A stretch of DNA of 64,000 bases from Paludibacteraceae bacterium. GTDB lineage: Bacteria > Bacteroidota > Bacteroidia > Bacteroidales > Paludibacteraceae. The stretch's first letter is position 1, and every line of letters begins with the position of its first letter. The DNA is taken from positions 4,741 through 68,740 of the forward strand of contig JAFYSB010000008.1 of assembly GCA_017546705.1 (NCBI GenBank). Direction: 5' to 3'. Position numbers and translations under genes: made by a program. Under the pieces are notes generated by a model that was not told the origin of the DNA, did not search any database, and saw only the letters and a program-made list of their open reading frames with translations. This document shows, in pieces, positions 62,296 through 64,000 of the stretch.

Positions 62296-64000
62296 TTACT
62301 TACTATTTTTCTTTTGTTCGCGGCACACATCGCATGTTCCGCAGGTGGTGGCATCGTGCTCACCGAAGTACGATAGCAATAGCTGTGATCGGCAATAGTG
62401 CTGGTTATCTGCATATTCCACCATTGCTTTGAGCTTGTTGGCATAATGCTCTTTGCGTTGTGAATAGAAATGCTCAGGTACATGAATCTCCGCTTGGCGA
62501 TTTACCGTCAATCGCAGCACATTGGCCACCGTGCGCGATACATAGGAGATTATGCGTTTCTCTGCCAATGAAACGAGCAGTTTGTGGGTGTGGTCATCGA
62601 TGTTGCGCACATACTGCAAATCGGTAAAAATGCCCGTATATTCACGCATGAGCGACTCTAATAGTGTCATTTGCGCCTCGGTCAGATTATAGTTGTCTAG
62701 TTCGCGCCGTTGCACACGAATCATTACGCGAGGTTGTATCTCTTGATCTTCATCAAACGAGAAATAGCCCATTTGACTAAGCAGATGCAGGGCAGAGTAG
62801 GTAGTCAGTATGGGCAGATGCATTTTCTGACAGAGGTCATATACATTTAGGAAGAATGTTGCGCCTAATCCACTATCTGCTCCTACGCCGAGGTAGTTGC
62901 AAGTCTTGTGATAGACCGTGTGCAAAAACTCCTCATCGGGGTAGTTATCTGCTACGCGCTTGCGGGCTTTGGCTTTATCCTGTGATGGGTCGTAGAGGAG
63001 CACCGCAAATGCCTTTTGCTCATCTCGTCCTGCGCGTCCTGCCTCTTGGAAGTATGCCTCTATTGTATCGGGCAGATCATGATGAATCACCACTCGCACA
63101 TCGGGCTTGTCGATGCCCATGCCAAAGGCATTCGTCGCCACGATGACACGGGTGGGGGTAGGCGAGACTTTGCCTCTATTGAGAGGTTCAGCTGCGCTTT
63201 GCGCTTGTTCAGAAGTCACCCCTGAACCCCTGAACTCCTGAACTCCTGAACTCCTAAATTTCTTCCACGCTTCTTGCTTCATGCTGCGCTCTTTTGAATT
63301 GAGCCCTGCGTGGTAGAAGTCAGCACTGATGTTCTTCTCTTGAAGATAGGCTGCCAATTCTTGTGCGCGCTGGCGATTGCGGACATACACAATGGCAGAA
63401 CCTGGTACCTTACTCAAAATATGTACTATCTCATCGGCTTTTTTGTTGGTTTGACGTACTACATAGCTGAGGTTTGCGCGCAGGAAACTCTTGCGCAGTA
63501 CATTCTTCTCGCGGAAGGACAACCGCTCTTGGATGTCATCCACCACCTCGGGCGTGGCGGTAGCGGTTAGTGCCAATATTGGCACTAACCCAGTCTTTAA
63601 ACTGTAGGCAGCTGTGCTGCCGTTCAGTAGCGAAGCGTCCTCTAAACCGCACGCTTTGCGTGCAACCAAATCGCGTATTTCAGCGATTTTTAGGTAACTT
63701 GGCCTAAAATCGTATCCCCATTGTGAGATGCAGTGGGCTTCGTCCACGGCGATGAGGCAGATGGGCAGACGAGCTAATCGCTCACGAAACTCCTGCGACT
63801 CTAGTCGTTCGGGGGATACGTATAGGAAATGATATGGGCCCCACATGCAGTTGTCCAATGCGGTCTTCTGCTGCTCATAGCTCATGCCCGTGTAGATGGC
63901 TGCTGCGCGAATATCACGCTTGCGCAGGTTCTCCACTTGGTCTTTCATCAAGGCAATGAGGGGTGTGATGACAAGGCATAATCCGCCCATCACCATCGTG
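62296..64000 (-). CDS. recQ: ATP-dependent DNA helicase RecQ (N-terminus outside the window), with a ~35-aa repeat-derived insertion
   Basis: Open to the window edge. Motifs VSPERL, DEAHCISQWGYDFRP, LALTATAT, VATNAFGMGIDKPDVR. RQC Zn-finger CRSQLLLSYFGE and a C-terminal CGTCDVC. Confidence 0.9.
   Translation of the reverse strand, partial: TMVMGGLCLVITPLIALMKDQVENLRKRDIRAAAIYTGMSYEQQKTALDNCMWGPYHFLYVSPERLESQEFRERLARLPICLIAVDEAHCISQWGYDFRPSYLKIAEIRDLVARKACGLEDASLLNGSTAAYSLKTGLVPILALTATATPEVVDDIQERLSFREKNVLRKSFLRANLSYVVRQTNKKADEIVHILSKVPGSAIVYVRNRQRAQELAAYLQEKNISADFYHAGLNSKERSMKQEAWKKFRSSGVQEFRGSGVTSEQAQSAAEPLNRGKVSPTPTRVIVATNAFGMGIDKPDVRVVIHHDLPDTIEAYFQEAGRAGRDEQKAFAVLLYDPSQDKAKARKRVADNYPDEEFLHTVYHKTCNYLGVGADSGLGATFFLNVYDLCQKMHLPILTTYSALHLLSQMGYFSFDEDQEIQPRVMIRVQRRELDNYNLTEAQMTLLESLMREYTGIFTDLQYVRNIDDHTHKLLVSLAEKRIISYVSRTVANVLRLTVNRQAEIHVPEHFYSQRKEHYANKLKAMVEYADNQHYCRSQLLLSYFGEHDATTCGTCDVCREQKKNSK
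63163..63267. repeat. Repeat-derived in-frame insertion in recQ, including an octamer run CCTGAACT x4-5 (63221-63260)
   Basis: Sequence cctgaacc cctgaact cctgaact cctgaact cctaaatt preceded by cagctGCGCtttGCGCttgttcag. Encodes RSSGVQEFRGSGVTSEQAQSAAEPLNRGKVSPTPT between the conserved ..AWKKF and RVIVATNAFGMGID. Confidence 0.75.

Noticed and set aside
1-64000. tRNA or rRNA genes
   Set aside because: Visual scanning of the intergenic regions found no T-arm (GGTTCGAATCC-like) plus acceptor-stem combination and no rRNA-like stretch. A tRNAscan/Infernal run is needed to be certain.

Overview
The window looks like a Bacteroidota chromosome segment, probably Prevotella/Segatella-like. This is inferred from TAnnTTTG promoter boxes, a T9SS C-terminal-domain cargo protein, a PorT-like gene and a Rho with a long low-complexity N-terminal insert. 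I call about 55 CDS and saw no rRNA, tRNA or CRISPR array. Housekeeping blocks cover about 3.7-33.8 kb (U32 peptidase, trmH, rimM, AddA-like helicase, dut, ispE, ftsE-like, Omp85, rnhB, sppA, lpxK, MsbA-like, mutS, TonB-dependent receptor) and 50.2-64 kb (PorT-like, aroQ, rho, mtaB, rubredoxin, nadD, gmk, DUF2723, COG0523 GTPase, recQ). The accessory stretch at about 33.9-50.2 kb has three parts. (i) A set of small minus-strand genes, each with its own promoter, that resembles a holin / DUF5675 / unimolecular-spanin lysis cassette, plus small paralogous proteins. (ii) A visibly AT-richer operon of about 8.9 kb (36992-45841) encoding only exported proteins: LPP20-like lipoproteins, a transglutaminase-like protein, an 816-aa LPP20/NTF2-like protein, a CarboxypepD_reg beta-barrel, a FISUMP-type lipoprotein and a kinase/FGE remnant. 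I consider this the best candidate for an uncharacterised cell-envelope system. (iii) An HUH/Y1 (RAYT-like) transposase-family gene embedded in a hairpin REP array, followed by HTH, AAA_25-type ATPase and DUF4248-like genes. The most unusual property of the window as a whole is its many families of short repeats. These include heptamer arrays (CAGTTGA, GTTTAGT, AGGTTAA, GAATTAT), an octamer array, 11-bp phased arrays and small GC-rich palindromes. They sit exactly at gene ends or starts, or are inserted in frame and stop-free inside conserved genes (U32 peptidase, RecQ, LpxK tail, AAA ATPase, DUF5675, the RAYT-like gene itself). All domain calls come from reading motifs by eye. No database search was run.
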